NCBI GenBank assembly: GCA_025360005.1
Contig: JANYDA010000057.1
Span: 15,065-79,064 of the forward strand
DNA: 64,000 nt
Reading direction: 5' to 3'
From: Fibrobacteria bacterium
Lineage (GTDB): Bacteria; Fibrobacterota; Fibrobacteria; UBA11236
The notes under the pieces are model-generated. The model ran no database searches, was not told where the DNA came from, and saw only the letters and a program-made list of their open reading frames with translations. Both the position numbers and the translations under genes were made by a program. Positions 1 through 10,039 of the stretch are shown in pieces (within the stretch, counting starts at the first letter, position 1; every line of letters starts with the position of its first letter).

Positions 1-389
1 AATTGTTGCGGGCTCCGCGATCCTTGCACCAAAGTGCGCGGCCCCAGATTGGCCAGCATGGCGACGGCATGGCCCGCATGGTGTTGGCCGTCCCCGTCCA
101 TGCGGACGAAGCGGGCGATCCCCAGGGAAAGCGCGTATTTGATCCCCAACTGCACGGCTCCACCTATGCCCAGGCAGATGGGCGATCGCAGCACCGTCAC
201 TTGCGGGAAGGTTTCGGCGGCCTCGGCCGTGCCGTCCCGGGAATCGTCATCCACGATTACGATTAGCGCGTGCGGCAAATGCTCGCGCACGTCCCGGATC
301 ACGGAGGGAATGCTGGCGGCTTCGTTGCGGGCGGGGATGATCACGGCGATCTTGTCCCCGGCAGGCGGGGTCGCATGTTTGTCAATCAT
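1..389 (-). CDS. Glycosyltransferase family 2 (partial; C-terminus beyond window start)
   Basis: Reverse-strand translation from ATG at 389: MIDKHATPPAGDKIAVIIPARNEAASIPSVIRDVREHLPHALIVIVDDDSRDGTAE...RMDGDGQHH. This is a GT2 N-terminal DxD region and runs off the window edge. Confidence 0.6.
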   Translation of the reverse strand, partial: MIDKHATPPAGDKIAVIIPARNEAASIPSVIRDVREHLPHALIVIVDDDSRDGTAEAAETFPQVTVLRSPICLGIGGAVQLGIKYALSLGIARFVRMDGDGQHHAGHAVAMLANLGPRTLVQGSRSPQQ

Positions 390-505
390 GGTGCCATGCT
401 CTCCACGGGTAATTCTACCATAGGCGCCGCAGGCGGGGCAAAGCCCGCGCATACGGGGAAACGGCGCGGATACCCCCCGGTGGGGGCAAGGCAAGCGGCT
501 CTACC

Positions 506-1003
506 TCAAATTCCGCCATCCCGTCCGCGATCGACTTCCCGGATGAAGTCTCCGAGCGCCCGGTAGAGTCCCGTCGGCCGGAAATCCGCCGCGTTCGCCG
601 GCGCCTCCCGCATCGCTTTCTCCAGCTCGGCTTCCAATCCGGCCACTTCCAGGACGATGGGGTAGCGGAACCGTTGCGCAAAGTGGCGCGACCAATCAAC
701 CTGGTGATCGTTCATCGCCTCGCCGAACCTGGCCAGCCGGGGGACAACCACCAGGCGCCTGCCGGCCTTCAATGCATCCAGGATGCAGACGCTGCCGTGG
801 GAAACCACCAGGTCGGCCCAGGTAATGTCCTCGATCAGGCCGGGCTTGAAATCGAACCAGTCCGCGTGCCCGGGCTTGAATTTGGAATAGCCTTTCTGGA
901 GCCTTACCTCCCATCCGGGCCGACGCCCGGCGATGGCGTCCAATTCCATCAGGAGCCGATCGAATCCGATATCGTGCATGCCCACCATGCAGAAGATTTT
1001 CAT
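506..1003 (-). CDS. Alg13-like glycosyltransferase C-terminal-domain protein (GT28 C-terminal; PssE/EpsF-like)
   Basis: MKIFCMVGMHDIGFDRLLMELDAIAG...HGSVCILDALKAGRRLVVVP motif. The long N-terminal extension in the ORF track is R/G/P-rich junk, so I chose the ATG at 1003. ATGA overlap with the upstream Alg14-like gene. Confidence 0.7.
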   Translation of the reverse strand: MKIFCMVGMHDIGFDRLLMELDAIAGRRPGWEVRLQKGYSKFKPGHADWFDFKPGLIEDITWADLVVSHGSVCILDALKAGRRLVVVPRLARFGEAMNDHQVDWSRHFAQRFRYPIVLEVAGLEAELEKAMREAPANAADFRPTGLYRALGDFIREVDRGRDGGI

Positions 1004-1443
1004 ACGATGCCGCCGTGGAATTCCGCCCGGGGTCCGAAAGACCGCAGCGATTCGCCGTTCTGGACATAGAACTTGTCCGCGAAGGGGTAGAGGATCCTGG
1101 CCGTCAGGGAAGGCTTCTCGACGCGGGTCAGGGTTTCGATGAATACCGTCCTGGCGCGGAAAATTTTCGCCGCCAGGAATACCGGGATGGCGATTTCCGA
1201 GCCGGTGCTGAGGACAAGCTTGGGCCGCTCGCGCCAAAAGGCGCCGAGCACTTTCCATAGCACCGGGATGACGCGCAAGGGATTGCGATCGAACTTGGGC
1301 ACCATGCAGATGGGGAAGGGAAGTCCGCCCATGCGCGGGTTGGCGTAAGTGATGAGGAAAACCTCGTGCTCGGCGAAGGCGGGGCGCAGGAACAGCGCTT
1401 CCGTCATGTGGCCCCCGTCGGAAGCCGCGATGCATATTTTCAT
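1000..1443 (-). CDS. Alg14-like oligosaccharide biosynthesis protein (PssD/EpsE-like)
   Basis: MKICIAASDGGHMTEALFL...LVLSTGSEIAIPVFLAAKIFRARTVFIETLTRV is typical of Alg14. Start codon chosen at 1443, overlapping the Wzx stop (ATGA). Confidence 0.7.
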   Translation of the reverse strand: MKICIAASDGGHMTEALFLRPAFAEHEVFLITYANPRMGGLPFPICMVPKFDRNPLRVIPVLWKVLGAFWRERPKLVLSTGSEIAIPVFLAAKIFRARTVFIETLTRVEKPSLTARILYPFADKFYVQNGESLRSFGPRAEFHGGIV

Positions 1444-2843
1444 TCCCACCCCGGCAGCCGCGCCATGCGCCGGAAATCGGAAGCCTTTACGCCGCCGCAT
1501 AGGGAGAAGGCGGCGAGCAGAAGGGCCAGGTTCACCGGCATGGGCCAATGCAGGGAAACGAGCGCCAGGCCCGCCGTTCCCGCCCCCAGGATCCTCACGA
1601 AGCCGGGCATGGGCGAGAAGGCGACATATTTCCGGACATGCAGGATGCGCAGCAGGCCGAAAGCGGATTGCGCCGCCAGCACCGACATGGCCACGGCGAG
1701 GAGGCCGCGGCCCAGCAGCATGGCCGCAAGGGTGGCAATCAGCACCGTAGCCACGCGTCCCAGTTCAAGCAGCATCGCCGCTTTGGCATGGGCCCCTCCG
1801 CTCAGCATAGGAGTGGTGAAGTACCTGGGGTATTCGGCCAACTGTGCCAGGATGAAGATCCCGAAGGTGGTTTGCAATCCGGAATACTCCTGGCCGTAGC
1901 AGCGCAGGATCAGATCCTTGCAGGCCAGCAGGATGAAAGTGAAAGCGAGCGCTATCGTTCCCGAGGTCCGGAAATACTCGGCGGGAAGCGCGCCCGTTCC
2001 CGCGGCTTGCCTTTCCGCGCCGCGTGCCGTCCAGGCGAAGAATGCGCCCGCCGCCGGGGTCAGCACCACGGTGGCGGCCATGCTCCAGGAGGCGATGGCG
2101 TTATAGTAGGACGCGTTCCGATCCGATAAGCCGATTTTGATGGCGATGGGCAGCAACTGGGAGAGTACGCCTACAGCGGCGTTGGGCACCCATAAGAGGA
2201 GCGCCAAGCGTAACGTCGCGGAGACGGGCTCGATAGGGCCCTGCGGGCGGCGAGGCGCGCGCGTCCGCAGGAAAAGCAGCGCGGCGATGGCCATGCCGGA
2301 TGCGAAGAGCGCCAGGTTCAATTGCCGCAGGAAGCTCTCGAACGCCGGCTTGGCCAGCACCAGGTAGATCACGGAACCTATTTTGGCGGTTTCGTAGGTA
2401 AGGCTGACCAAGAAAGAGAGGTTCATCGCCTGCAGGCCGTTGAAAACCGAGACGGCCACGTTCTGGATCACCAGGACCGCCAACCACAAGGCGAAGAAGG
2501 CGAAGACGTGCGCTCCGGACGGCTGGAAAAGTTCCGGCCGGAACCAGATCAGGAGGATGAAGGGAAGGTTGCACAACGCTGCCAGGAAAATGCCCCGGCC
2601 CAACATGCGCACCGGATCGTTCCGCCCTTCGCCGATGCGCTTGACCATCGCGGCGCCGATGCCGGCGTCGCAAACCAGCCGGATCAGGGAGATAACGCTG
2701 ATATAATAGACGAAGCGTCCGTGGCTTTCCGCCCCATAGCTGCGGATCAACGCGAAGTTAAGGATCAGGAGGCCCAGGTTTTCCAACCCGGTCGCGGCGA
2801 TCAACCATATGCCATTGCCGAACAGTGAGGGGCGTTTTGCCAA
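1440..2843 (-). CDS. wzx: Polysaccharide flippase, MOP/Wzx family
   Basis: 467 aa, about 12–14 hydrophobic segments and a typical oligosaccharide flippase profile; first gene of a minus-strand operon with Alg14/Alg13-like genes. Confidence 0.75.
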   Translation of the reverse strand: MAKRPSLFGNGIWLIAATGLENLGLLILNFALIRSYGAESHGRFVYYISVISLIRLVCDAGIGAAMVKRIGEGRNDPVRMLGRGIFLAALCNLPFILLIWFRPELFQPSGAHVFAFFALWLAVLVIQNVAVSVFNGLQAMNLSFLVSLTYETAKIGSVIYLVLAKPAFESFLRQLNLALFASGMAIAALLFLRTRAPRRPQGPIEPVSATLRLALLLWVPNAAVGVLSQLLPIAIKIGLSDRNASYYNAIASWSMAATVVLTPAAGAFFAWTARGAERQAAGTGALPAEYFRTSGTIALAFTFILLACKDLILRCYGQEYSGLQTTFGIFILAQLAEYPRYFTTPMLSGGAHAKAAMLLELGRVATVLIATLAAMLLGRGLLAVAMSVLAAQSAFGLLRILHVRKYVAFSPMPGFVRILGAGTAGLALVSLHWPMPVNLALLLAAFSLCGGVKASDFRRMARLPGWE

Positions 2844-2987
2844 AGGGGGGCCTTCTTTAACCTTGATTCTAATGCTCCGGCCGGGAGCTTGGCAAGGAAT
2901 TCAACCGCCTCGGTTTACCTGCGATTGACACCACCAGGCCTGAGGGGTAGAATAGCCTGGGAACCGGATGTATTCCGTTGATCGGCA

Positions 2988-4535
2988 ATGACAAAATCCC
3001 ATCGTCTCCTCCGGATCGCGGCTCTTTTGTTCCCTTTGCTCTGGGGCATGGGATGGATCCTCTCCAAGGGTTTTCCGGACTATCCTCCCGGCAACGACAG
3101 TTGCCTTTACCTGACCATGGCCAAAGGCTTCGCGCAGGGAACGGGTTACCAAGACGTTACTTCCCCGGATCCGCATGCGGGCACCTTGCAAAGCCCGTCC
3201 TTCTGGCCCCTGCTGCTCAGCCTATATTGGCGGCTCCCCCATGCCTCCCTGTTAACGTTGAAACTGGTCAATGCCTTCCTGTTGTGCCTGGCGGCCATTC
3301 CCTGTTTTTTCTGGCTCCGGCTCTTTCTCCCGGAGCTTCCCGCCTTCCTCATCGTGGTTGCCGTAGCCTCGTCCTGGGTGAACGTTTTCCTGGGGAACTC
3401 CTTCATGACGGAAACGGTTTTCATGCCGCTCCTCTATTGCGGGCTCCTGCTTTCACAAAGGGGCATTGCATCGGGAGGCGACGCGAGGGGAGGAACGGGC
3501 ATGCGGTGGGGCGCGTTGATCGTTTGGACCTTAACGGCCCGCACCCGCGTGGTGGGGTGGGTGTTCTGGGGGACGTACCTGTTTCTGCTGGGGAGGCGCA
3601 AGGAATGGATCAAGGTAGCCGTGGGGCTGGCCCTGATGGGGGCTTGGCTGGCTTTCGAGCAGGCCATGGCGGCGGGCCTGCGCGTAAGTCAATACAAGGA
3701 TGGGATGTTCACGGAGAAATACCCCCTCCTGGTCAGCCTCAAAACCGGCACGGCCATCCTCCTGGGTAACCTGAAAGATACCCTATGGGCCTGGGCCACT
3801 GCCGGCCAAGCCCATGCCTTGTTCCCCTGGTTCTATTATGCGCATCCCATGGACAAGGCCAAGCGCCTGATCTGCGCCGCCATTTTCCTGGCCGTGCTCC
3901 GGGGGCTTTTCCTGGTCTGGCGCCGGCAGCGGGCGAGCCGTCCCTGGCTTCTGGCGGCACTGGTTGCCAACGCGCCCACCTTCGCGATCTTCCATCCCCA
4001 GGACACCTGGCGTTACATGCATCCCTTTCTGCCCTTCTCCTGCCTGTTCCTGATGCAGGCATTGCAACGCGTCCGTTCTCCATTTACCAGGGTCGCATCC
4101 GAGGGGGCCATTGCGGACGGCGCCGGCGCGAGCGGCAGATGGATGGCCGCCGCGGGCATGATCCTGATTTTCGCCCAGGCCATGCACAGTTACCGGCGGG
4201 ACATGGATGACGACTATATCGATCAGAGCCGGGATTTCCGGGCCCTGCACGATGCCATCCTGGCCGCCCCGGCCAAGCCGGCCCTGATCCTGTCTCCGGA
4301 TCACTATTACACTTGGTTGCGCACGGGCATTCCGGCCATGAGCGATTTCGGGCGCCAGCGATACCTTCCTGATGCGATCCCTTACCTCAAGGATAGGGTA
4401 ACCTGGGCGATACGGGGTTCGGCCAATGCGTATTACATGGAACCCTGGGAGCGGGCCGGAGTGGAGTTCGAGCGGCCTCCCGTGCTCCAGGTGAAGCAAT
4501 GGCAAGCCTTCCGGGCCGGATGGAAAGGGAAATAG
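2988..4535 (+). CDS. Putative GT-C fold membrane glycosyltransferase (ArnT/PMT-like) with large C-terminal soluble domain
   Basis: Multi-TM N-terminal half with an early periplasmic-loop acidic motif (PPGNDSCLYLTMAKGF), followed by a ~250 aa soluble C-terminal domain; family-level call only. Confidence 0.5.
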   Translation: MTKSHRLLRIAALLFPLLWGMGWILSKGFPDYPPGNDSCLYLTMAKGFAQGTGYQDVTSPDPHAGTLQSPSFWPLLLSLYWRLPHASLLTLKLVNAFLLCLAAIPCFFWLRLFLPELPAFLIVVAVASSWVNVFLGNSFMTETVFMPLLYCGLLLSQRGIASGGDARGGTGMRWGALIVWTLTARTRVVGWVFWGTYLFLLGRRKEWIKVAVGLALMGAWLAFEQAMAAGLRVSQYKDGMFTEKYPLLVSLKTGTAILLGNLKDTLWAWATAGQAHALFPWFYYAHPMDKAKRLICAAIFLAVLRGLFLVWRRQRASRPWLLAALVANAPTFAIFHPQDTWRYMHPFLPFSCLFLMQALQRVRSPFTRVASEGAIADGAGASGRWMAAAGMILIFAQAMHSYRRDMDDDYIDQSRDFRALHDAILAAPAKPALILSPDHYYTWLRTGIPAMSDFGRQRYLPDAIPYLKDRVTWAIRGSANAYYMEPWERAGVEFERPPVLQVKQWQAFRAGWKGK

Positions 4536-4540
4536 CACGA

Positions 4541-5575
4541 TCAATCCCTAAGGGCCACGTCCTTGGCGGGCATGCCGTAGTCCCTGAGCAAGCGCCGATA
4601 ATCCGCATCGGCGATCACGCAGGTGGCGCGTATGTGCCGCCGTTTGGCGAGCATTTTGGGAAGCTGCCTCATGGCACCCCAATACGCTTTGCACAGCACC
4701 CCGGCCAAGCGCAGGCTGGAATGGTCCCCGGCGAATTTTCCCGCGCGTCCCGTTCCCGATAATGCGCCGTACGTCTGCCAGAAATACCGGAGCAGCGTAT
4801 AACCCAGTCCGTAGAGCAACACCAGGGCGGGGAAATTCTTCACGGCTACCCAAATGCGGTTCCGTTCCACCAGGTAGGCTTTGAGCGGGCTGTGGCTGCC
4901 GCCGCTGCCGGAATGGTGGTGGTTGACCGCGGCGGTGGGCACGTACATGCATTTCCATCCGCGCGCGCGCGCGCGCCAGCCCAGATCAGTGTCTTCCGCG
5001 TAGGCGAAGAAGTCCTCGTCGTAATGGCCGATTTCATCGAGCATGGATTTGCGGAACAGGCTGCAGCAGCCGCTGGAGAAGAACACTTCCCTTTCGCGCA
5101 GAAAACCTTCCGGCGTCTCCATACGGCCGCGTCCCAGGGCCAGGCCATCCGGGCAAACCGCGATCCCGGCCGAGTCGATCCGGTTCTCCTCGAACTTGAG
5201 CATGATGCGTGAAGCGCAGGCCCCGATGCTTCCGTCCCGGTCCATGGCGCGCTTCAGTTCCGCCACGCACCCGGGAAAAAGATCGGTATCGTTGTTGAGG
5301 ATGATCAGGTAGGGCGTTTCGCAAGCGCGGATGCCGGCATTGTTGCCTCCGGCGAATCCGAGATTCGATGCGTTCCGGATCAATCGTACTTCCGGATATT
5401 CCCGGCGGAGGAAGGCGACGGAGTCGTCCGTGGAACCGTTGTCCACCACCAGGATGGAAAGCCGCGGATAGCTTTGCCGTTTGACGGAATCGAGGCATTC
5501 GGAAAGGAATTTTCTTCCGTTCCAATTCAGGATGATCACGGTGATCAGGTCGTCCACAAGGATCGAGTATACCAT
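4541..5575 (-). CDS. Glycosyltransferase family 2 (rhamnosyltransferase/WbbL-like)
   Basis: VIILNWNGRKFLSECLDSVKRQSYPRLSILVVDNGSTDDS...NLGFAGGNNAGI...DED motifs of GT2_2 enzymes. Confidence 0.85.
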   Translation of the reverse strand: MVYSILVDDLITVIILNWNGRKFLSECLDSVKRQSYPRLSILVVDNGSTDDSVAFLRREYPEVRLIRNASNLGFAGGNNAGIRACETPYLIILNNDTDLFPGCVAELKRAMDRDGSIGACASRIMLKFEENRIDSAGIAVCPDGLALGRGRMETPEGFLREREVFFSSGCCSLFRKSMLDEIGHYDEDFFAYAEDTDLGWRARARGWKCMYVPTAAVNHHHSGSGGSHSPLKAYLVERNRIWVAVKNFPALVLLYGLGYTLLRYFWQTYGALSGTGRAGKFAGDHSSLRLAGVLCKAYWGAMRQLPKMLAKRRHIRATCVIADADYRRLLRDYGMPAKDVALRD

Positions 5576-5745
5576 TAGCCGGTCCCCGGCGTCCGGCGCG
5601 GGTTGACGACCAAGGCGGATGAGGTCCGGAAATCGCCCCTAGGTTGGCGATTCTTCACGCGGCGCTGGCCTAACGCATTCATTTACGATACTATTTCCAG
5701 GTGGAATCCCCCTATGATTGCGCTTCGCGCTGGGCGCGGTGAAGC

Positions 5746-6414
5746 TTGCTCGATCCGGCGACCATATCCGCCATAGTCGGGCATTATCCCCACGCATCGG
5801 CCTTGCAACGCTGGCACATGCGCGGGCGCCTGCGGCTCTGCCCCTACGATGCCTTGCTCAAGCATTTGACCGGCGCCGGCGATCTTCTGGACGTGGGCTG
5901 CGGCTTCGGGCATTTGGCCTGGTACCTGGCTTCGCAGCAACCGCGATTGCGGTACTTTGGCACCGATATCGATTCCCGGAAAATAAACCTCGCGCGAGGG
6001 AGCTTAGCGGGCGCGGAAGCGCGGCCGGAATTCCATCCCGGCGATGCGCGGGAACTGGTTGGATTGCCGGCGCGCTTCGGCAACATCGTTTTCCTGGACG
6101 TGCTTTATCTCATGCCTTGGGACATGCAAAAGCGGATGCTGGCGTGGGCTTTTTCGCGCCTGGCCCCCGGCAGGGAAAGCACGCTGTTGATCAAGACCAT
6201 GGATGAGGCGCGCGGTTTTTCCGGTTTCCGCGCGGTGGCCGAGGAGTGGATCATGGTACGGTTGCTGGGCCGCACCCTCAGTTCAGGGGCCCTTAATGGC
6301 GCGCGTCCCCTTTCCGACTACCTGGATCACGCCCGCGCGCTGGGCTTCCGGGGCGAATCGGAAAGCCTGGGGACCTTCAATCCTTCCACCATCCTTAGTT
6401 TCCGGCGCGCATAG
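5746..6414 (+). CDS. Class I SAM-dependent methyltransferase
   Basis: Motif I LLDVGCGFGHLAWYL; start may be at a downstream Met. Confidence 0.75.
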   Translation: MLDPATISAIVGHYPHASALQRWHMRGRLRLCPYDALLKHLTGAGDLLDVGCGFGHLAWYLASQQPRLRYFGTDIDSRKINLARGSLAGAEARPEFHPGDARELVGLPARFGNIVFLDVLYLMPWDMQKRMLAWAFSRLAPGRESTLLIKTMDEARGFSGFRAVAEEWIMVRLLGRTLSSGALNGARPLSDYLDHARALGFRGESESLGTFNPSTILSFRRA

Positions 6415-6422
6415 GCGGAACC

Positions 6423-7241
6423 GTGGTCACCGATTTCCATGCATATGAAAAGGCGCTTTGCCTCCGGGGCCTGGTGCCCCTGCTGCGCAAAACCGGATTC
6501 GATCCCACCGGCCGATCCGTGTTGGACGTGGGGTGCGGCTACGGCGGCGTGCTGGCCGGATTGGCCGGGGTATTCAGGTTGCGGGAAGCAGTTGGCATCG
6601 ATCTGGATTCGGATATGATCCGTGACGGAGTGAACAAATCACCCGCCGGGGTAAGCTTGCGTGTCGGCGACTTTTTCGGATTGCCCGCGCGGGAATTCGA
6701 TCTGATCCTGATGCGGGACGTGCTGGAGCATATTCCGGATGCGGAAACCGCCTTGGCCAAGGCGGCGGCGATGCTCGCGCCCGGAGGAATCCTCTTCGTC
6801 AGCTTCGCGCCTTTCTATTCGCCCTTCGGCGGCCACCAGCACAACGGGTCCGGCCTTTTCTCCCATGTACCGTGGCTGCAGGCTTTGCCGGAAAGCTGGT
6901 TCCGGGCCGCGCTGGGGTTGAAAGGCAATAGCTATAAATCCGGCCGGGGCCTGGCGGACGATATGGAGAGCGTTTTGCGCACGCGCTTGACCCTGGCCCG
7001 CTTCCACAGGATGATCCCGGCGGCAGGCCTGCGCGTGGGGTATTTCGCGCGTTACCTGTCGCGCCCGGATTACCGCATCAAGTTCGGCCTCCCGGAGATC
7101 GGCTTCCCGGCCATCCCATTCCTGGATGAATTGGCCAGCACGGGCGTGGAAGCCCTGCTGGAGAAAGCGTACCCGCAGGATGGGCCCGCCGCCGAGGCCG
7201 CAGAATTTCCGGCGCCGCCCGCCTCCGGGAACACTGCATGA
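6423..7241 (+). CDS. Class I SAM-dependent methyltransferase
   Basis: Motif I VLDVGCGYGGVLAGL and post-I acidic motif LMRDVLEHI; GTG start per ORF track; in tandem with the preceding MT. Confidence 0.75.
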   Translation: MVTDFHAYEKALCLRGLVPLLRKTGFDPTGRSVLDVGCGYGGVLAGLAGVFRLREAVGIDLDSDMIRDGVNKSPAGVSLRVGDFFGLPAREFDLILMRDVLEHIPDAETALAKAAAMLAPGGILFVSFAPFYSPFGGHQHNGSGLFSHVPWLQALPESWFRAALGLKGNSYKSGRGLADDMESVLRTRLTLARFHRMIPAAGLRVGYFARYLSRPDYRIKFGLPEIGFPAIPFLDELASTGVEALLEKAYPQDGPAAEAAEFPAPPASGNTA

Positions 7242-8023
7242 TTCCGGGCAATCTCACCATCAATGCGGACGATTTCGGGCTGGATGCCCGCGTCTCCGCC
7301 GCCATCGCCCTTTGCCTGGACGAAGGGTTGATCAATTCGTTTTCCGTGTACCCTTTCCAGGACGCGTTCCATGCGGATCTGCTGCGCTCGATCCTGGTCC
7401 GCCATCCCCGTGCCAAAGTGGGCGCGCATCTGGCCGTGATCGATGCCGCGCTCAAGGATCATCCCGGGCATTTCCGGGATTTCCTGGCGCGCTATCTCAC
7501 GGGCCGCATGCCGCCCGCCAAGATCCGGTCCCTGTGGCGGGCCCAGATCGAAACGCTGGGCGCTCTCCTGGGCGGGACCGATCGCATCGCGCACCTGGAC
7601 AGCCATCAGCATTTGCATGTTCTGCCGGGGTTGTGGCCGGAGGCGCGCTCCTTGCAAATGGAATACGGCATCCCCCGCCTGCGCGTGCCTTATGAATCCT
7701 TGCGGCGCGCGGTAACCTACCGGTTTCCTTTCGGACTGGGATTGCAGGCCTTGGCCTTTTGGCGCTCCTGCGGGGCGGGGAAGGCGCCGGTTCCCGGCTT
7801 CCTGGGTTTCTTTACCAGCACGCGCTTCACATTGCGGGAAAACCATGCCGCCCTGGAACGGGTGCGGTTGCAACCGTGGCGCGGTTTTGAACTGATGGTC
7901 CATCCGGCCCTGCCCGCTTCCGGAACAGGCGGAATTGCGCCCGGGGTGGCCGCGTCCCAGGAACTGGAAATCGCGGAACTTAGGTTGGTGGGGGAATTCT
8001 TCCGTCCCGCCGCTCCCGCTTAG
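7238..8023 (+). CDS. ChbG/HpnK/NaxD (YdjC) family carbohydrate deacetylase
   Basis: N-terminal hallmark LTINADDFGLDARVSAAI...HLDSHQHLH of the YdjC family; overlaps the upstream MT by 4 nt. Confidence 0.8.
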   Translation: MIPGNLTINADDFGLDARVSAAIALCLDEGLINSFSVYPFQDAFHADLLRSILVRHPRAKVGAHLAVIDAALKDHPGHFRDFLARYLTGRMPPAKIRSLWRAQIETLGALLGGTDRIAHLDSHQHLHVLPGLWPEARSLQMEYGIPRLRVPYESLRRAVTYRFPFGLGLQALAFWRSCGAGKAPVPGFLGFFTSTRFTLRENHAALERVRLQPWRGFELMVHPALPASGTGGIAPGVAASQELEIAELRLVGEFFRPAAPA

Positions 8024-8048
8024 CCCCACGGCCGCGGCGCCGGAAGGT

Positions 8049-8210
8049 TCAGAACAAAGCGTAGATGAAGGGAGCGATGACGCCCGATTGCCCCGCGATG
8101 ATGAGCAGGCCCATCAATAACAGCACGACGATGATGGGCGTGAGCCACCAGGCTTTGCTCACCTTCAGGAATTGCCAAACGTCCGCCGCGAAACTTCGAT
8201 TCTTGCCCAT
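8049..8210 (-). CDS. Small membrane protein, SxtK/DUF5989-like
   Basis: Unlisted 53-aa ORF: MGKNRSFAADVWQFLKVSKAWWLTPIIVVLLLMGLLIIAGQSGVIAPFIYALF. The WWL.PII..LLL...APFIY.LF pattern matches the small protein typically encoded next to NodU/CmcH carbamoyltransferases; lies immediately downstream of the carbamoyltransferase. Confidence 0.55.
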   Translation of the reverse strand: MGKNRSFAADVWQFLKVSKAWWLTPIIVVLLLMGLLIIAGQSGVIAPFIYALF

Positions 8211-8221
8211 TGCCTGCTCCG

Positions 8222-10039
8222 TCAGTCCGTAGCCGCGGACTCGCTGTCCCAGATATCCCGCGGATTATCCTTCCGCCGCACCAGATAGTCGCCGATGATA
8301 AGGCAATCGATGCCGGTCCCCATCATGCAGCGATAGGCGTCCGCGGGCGAGCACACGATGGGTTCGCCGCGGATGTTGAAGGATGTATTGACCAGCATGG
8401 GTATCCCCGAAAGCGTTCCGAATCCCTTGATGAGATCATAATATAGCGGATTCGCCTCCCGCCGCACGGTCTGAACGCGGCCGGTTCCGTCCACGTGGGT
8501 GACGGCGGGCAGGCGCGCTCGCCAATTTTCCCGGATAGGATAGACCATGAGCATGAAATCCGCGGCCGCCGGGATGGCTCGGTCGCATTGGAAATATTCC
8601 TCCGCATCCTCCGCGCATACCGAAGGCGCAAAGGGACGGAAGGCTTCGCGGTGCTTGACCTTCTCATTGAGGATGGCCTGCATGTCCGGGCGGCCGGGAT
8701 GGGCCAGGATGCTGCGCGCGCCCAGGGCTCGGGGGCCCCATTCCATGGCCCCTTGGAACCACCCGACCACTTCACCCGCGTTAAGCAGGCGCGCGGCCTG
8801 GGAGATCAGATCGGCGCGATCCGCGAAGCGCCGGTGCAGGATGCCTTTTCCGGCCAGGAAATTCCCGATCGCTTCGGAACCGTATTGCGGCCCCAGGTAG
8901 GCGTGGGTCAACCGGTATGCCCGGGATTTGCCGAGCACGCAGCAATGGGCGAACAGGGCCGCGCCCATGCTGCTGCCCGCGTCGCCGGCATTGGGTTGGA
9001 TCCAAAGGTCGGTGAAACCGGTTTGGGAAAGGATGCGGCCGTTGATGACGCTGTTGAGGGCCACGCCTCCGGATAGCGCCACATTGCCGCAGCCCGTGAT
9101 CCTGCGGGCATGGCGCAGGATGGCCATCACCACGTCCTCGGTGATCATTTGCAGCGCCGCGGCGATGTCCTTGTGGCGCGGAAGCAATTCCTCTTCGGCC
9201 TCGCGCACGGGGCCGTCCAGCAGTTGCGACAGGCGCGCGCCCGGCATGCGATCGCTATGCTGGAAGGTGAAATAGGAAAGATCCAACGCATAGCTGCCGT
9301 CCGGCTTGATATCGATCACGCGCTTCAATTTGGCATAGTAGGGATTGCCATCCCGGTCCATGCGCCCGTAAGGACTCAGCCCCATCACCTTGTATTCCGA
9401 ATTGTTCACCGAAAAACCCAGGTAGGCCGTGAGGGAAGAGTAGAGTAAACCCAGCGAGTGGGGGAAGCGGATGTCCTGGTAAAGTTCCACGGAGGAGCCG
9501 CGGCCGCGGCCATAGGCCGTGGTGGTCCATTCCCCTACGCCGTCCACGGTCACGATGGCGGCCTCCTCGAAAGGGCTGGGCAGGAAGGCGCCGGCGGCAT
9601 GGGATAAATGATGATCTGCATATACAACGTCGCCCCGGTAGCCGAGGCGTTTCTTCAAAAGCGAACGGACGCGGATTTTCTCGGACAGCCAGCCGGGCAT
9701 GGCCATCTGGAACGTCTTGAAGCCGCGCGGAAAGCCCTCCAGATGCTGGCTGAGGATGCGCTCAAATTTCCGGAAAGGCTTTTCATAAAAGGCCGCCAAT
9801 TCCACCTGATCTATGCCGATGCCCTGGCTTTCCAAGCACCATCGGATAGCGGAGAGCGGGAAAGAAGCGTCATGTTTGCGGCGCGAGAACCGTTCCTCTT
9901 CGGCCGCGGCCACCACCATGCCGTCCTTCAGCAGCGTGGCGGCGGCATCGTGGTAATGGCAACTGATCCCCAGGATATACCTGGGCCCGGAAGGGCCAGG
10001 CTCACAAGCGGTAGGCTCAGAAGGGGCGATAATAGGCAT
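8222..10039 (-). CDS. NodU/CmcH family carbamoyltransferase
   Basis: 605 aa; YILGISCHYHDAAATLLKDG...ADHHLSHAAGAF...VTVDGVGEW...NTSFNIRGEPIV motifs diagnostic of O-carbamoyltransferases. Confidence 0.9.
   Translation of the reverse strand: MPIIAPSEPTACEPGPSGPRYILGISCHYHDAAATLLKDGMVVAAAEEERFSRRKHDASFPLSAIRWCLESQGIGIDQVELAAFYEKPFRKFERILSQHLEGFPRGFKTFQMAMPGWLSEKIRVRSLLKKRLGYRGDVVYADHHLSHAAGAFLPSPFEEAAIVTVDGVGEWTTTAYGRGRGSSVELYQDIRFPHSLGLLYSSLTAYLGFSVNNSEYKVMGLSPYGRMDRDGNPYYAKLKRVIDIKPDGSYALDLSYFTFQHSDRMPGARLSQLLDGPVREAEEELLPRHKDIAAALQMITEDVVMAILRHARRITGCGNVALSGGVALNSVINGRILSQTGFTDLWIQPNAGDAGSSMGAALFAHCCVLGKSRAYRLTHAYLGPQYGSEAIGNFLAGKGILHRRFADRADLISQAARLLNAGEVVGWFQGAMEWGPRALGARSILAHPGRPDMQAILNEKVKHREAFRPFAPSVCAEDAEEYFQCDRAIPAAADFMLMVYPIRENWRARLPAVTHVDGTGRVQTVRREANPLYYDLIKGFGTLSGIPMLVNTSFNIRGEPIVCSPADAYRCMMGTGIDCLIIGDYLVRRKDNPRDIWDSESAATD

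Noticed and set aside
506-1435. Long N-terminal extension (309 aa) of the Alg13-like ORF
   Set aside because: The first ~144 residues are R/G/P-rich and overlap the Alg14-like gene in another frame; the real start is the ATG at 1003, which overlaps the Alg14 stop.
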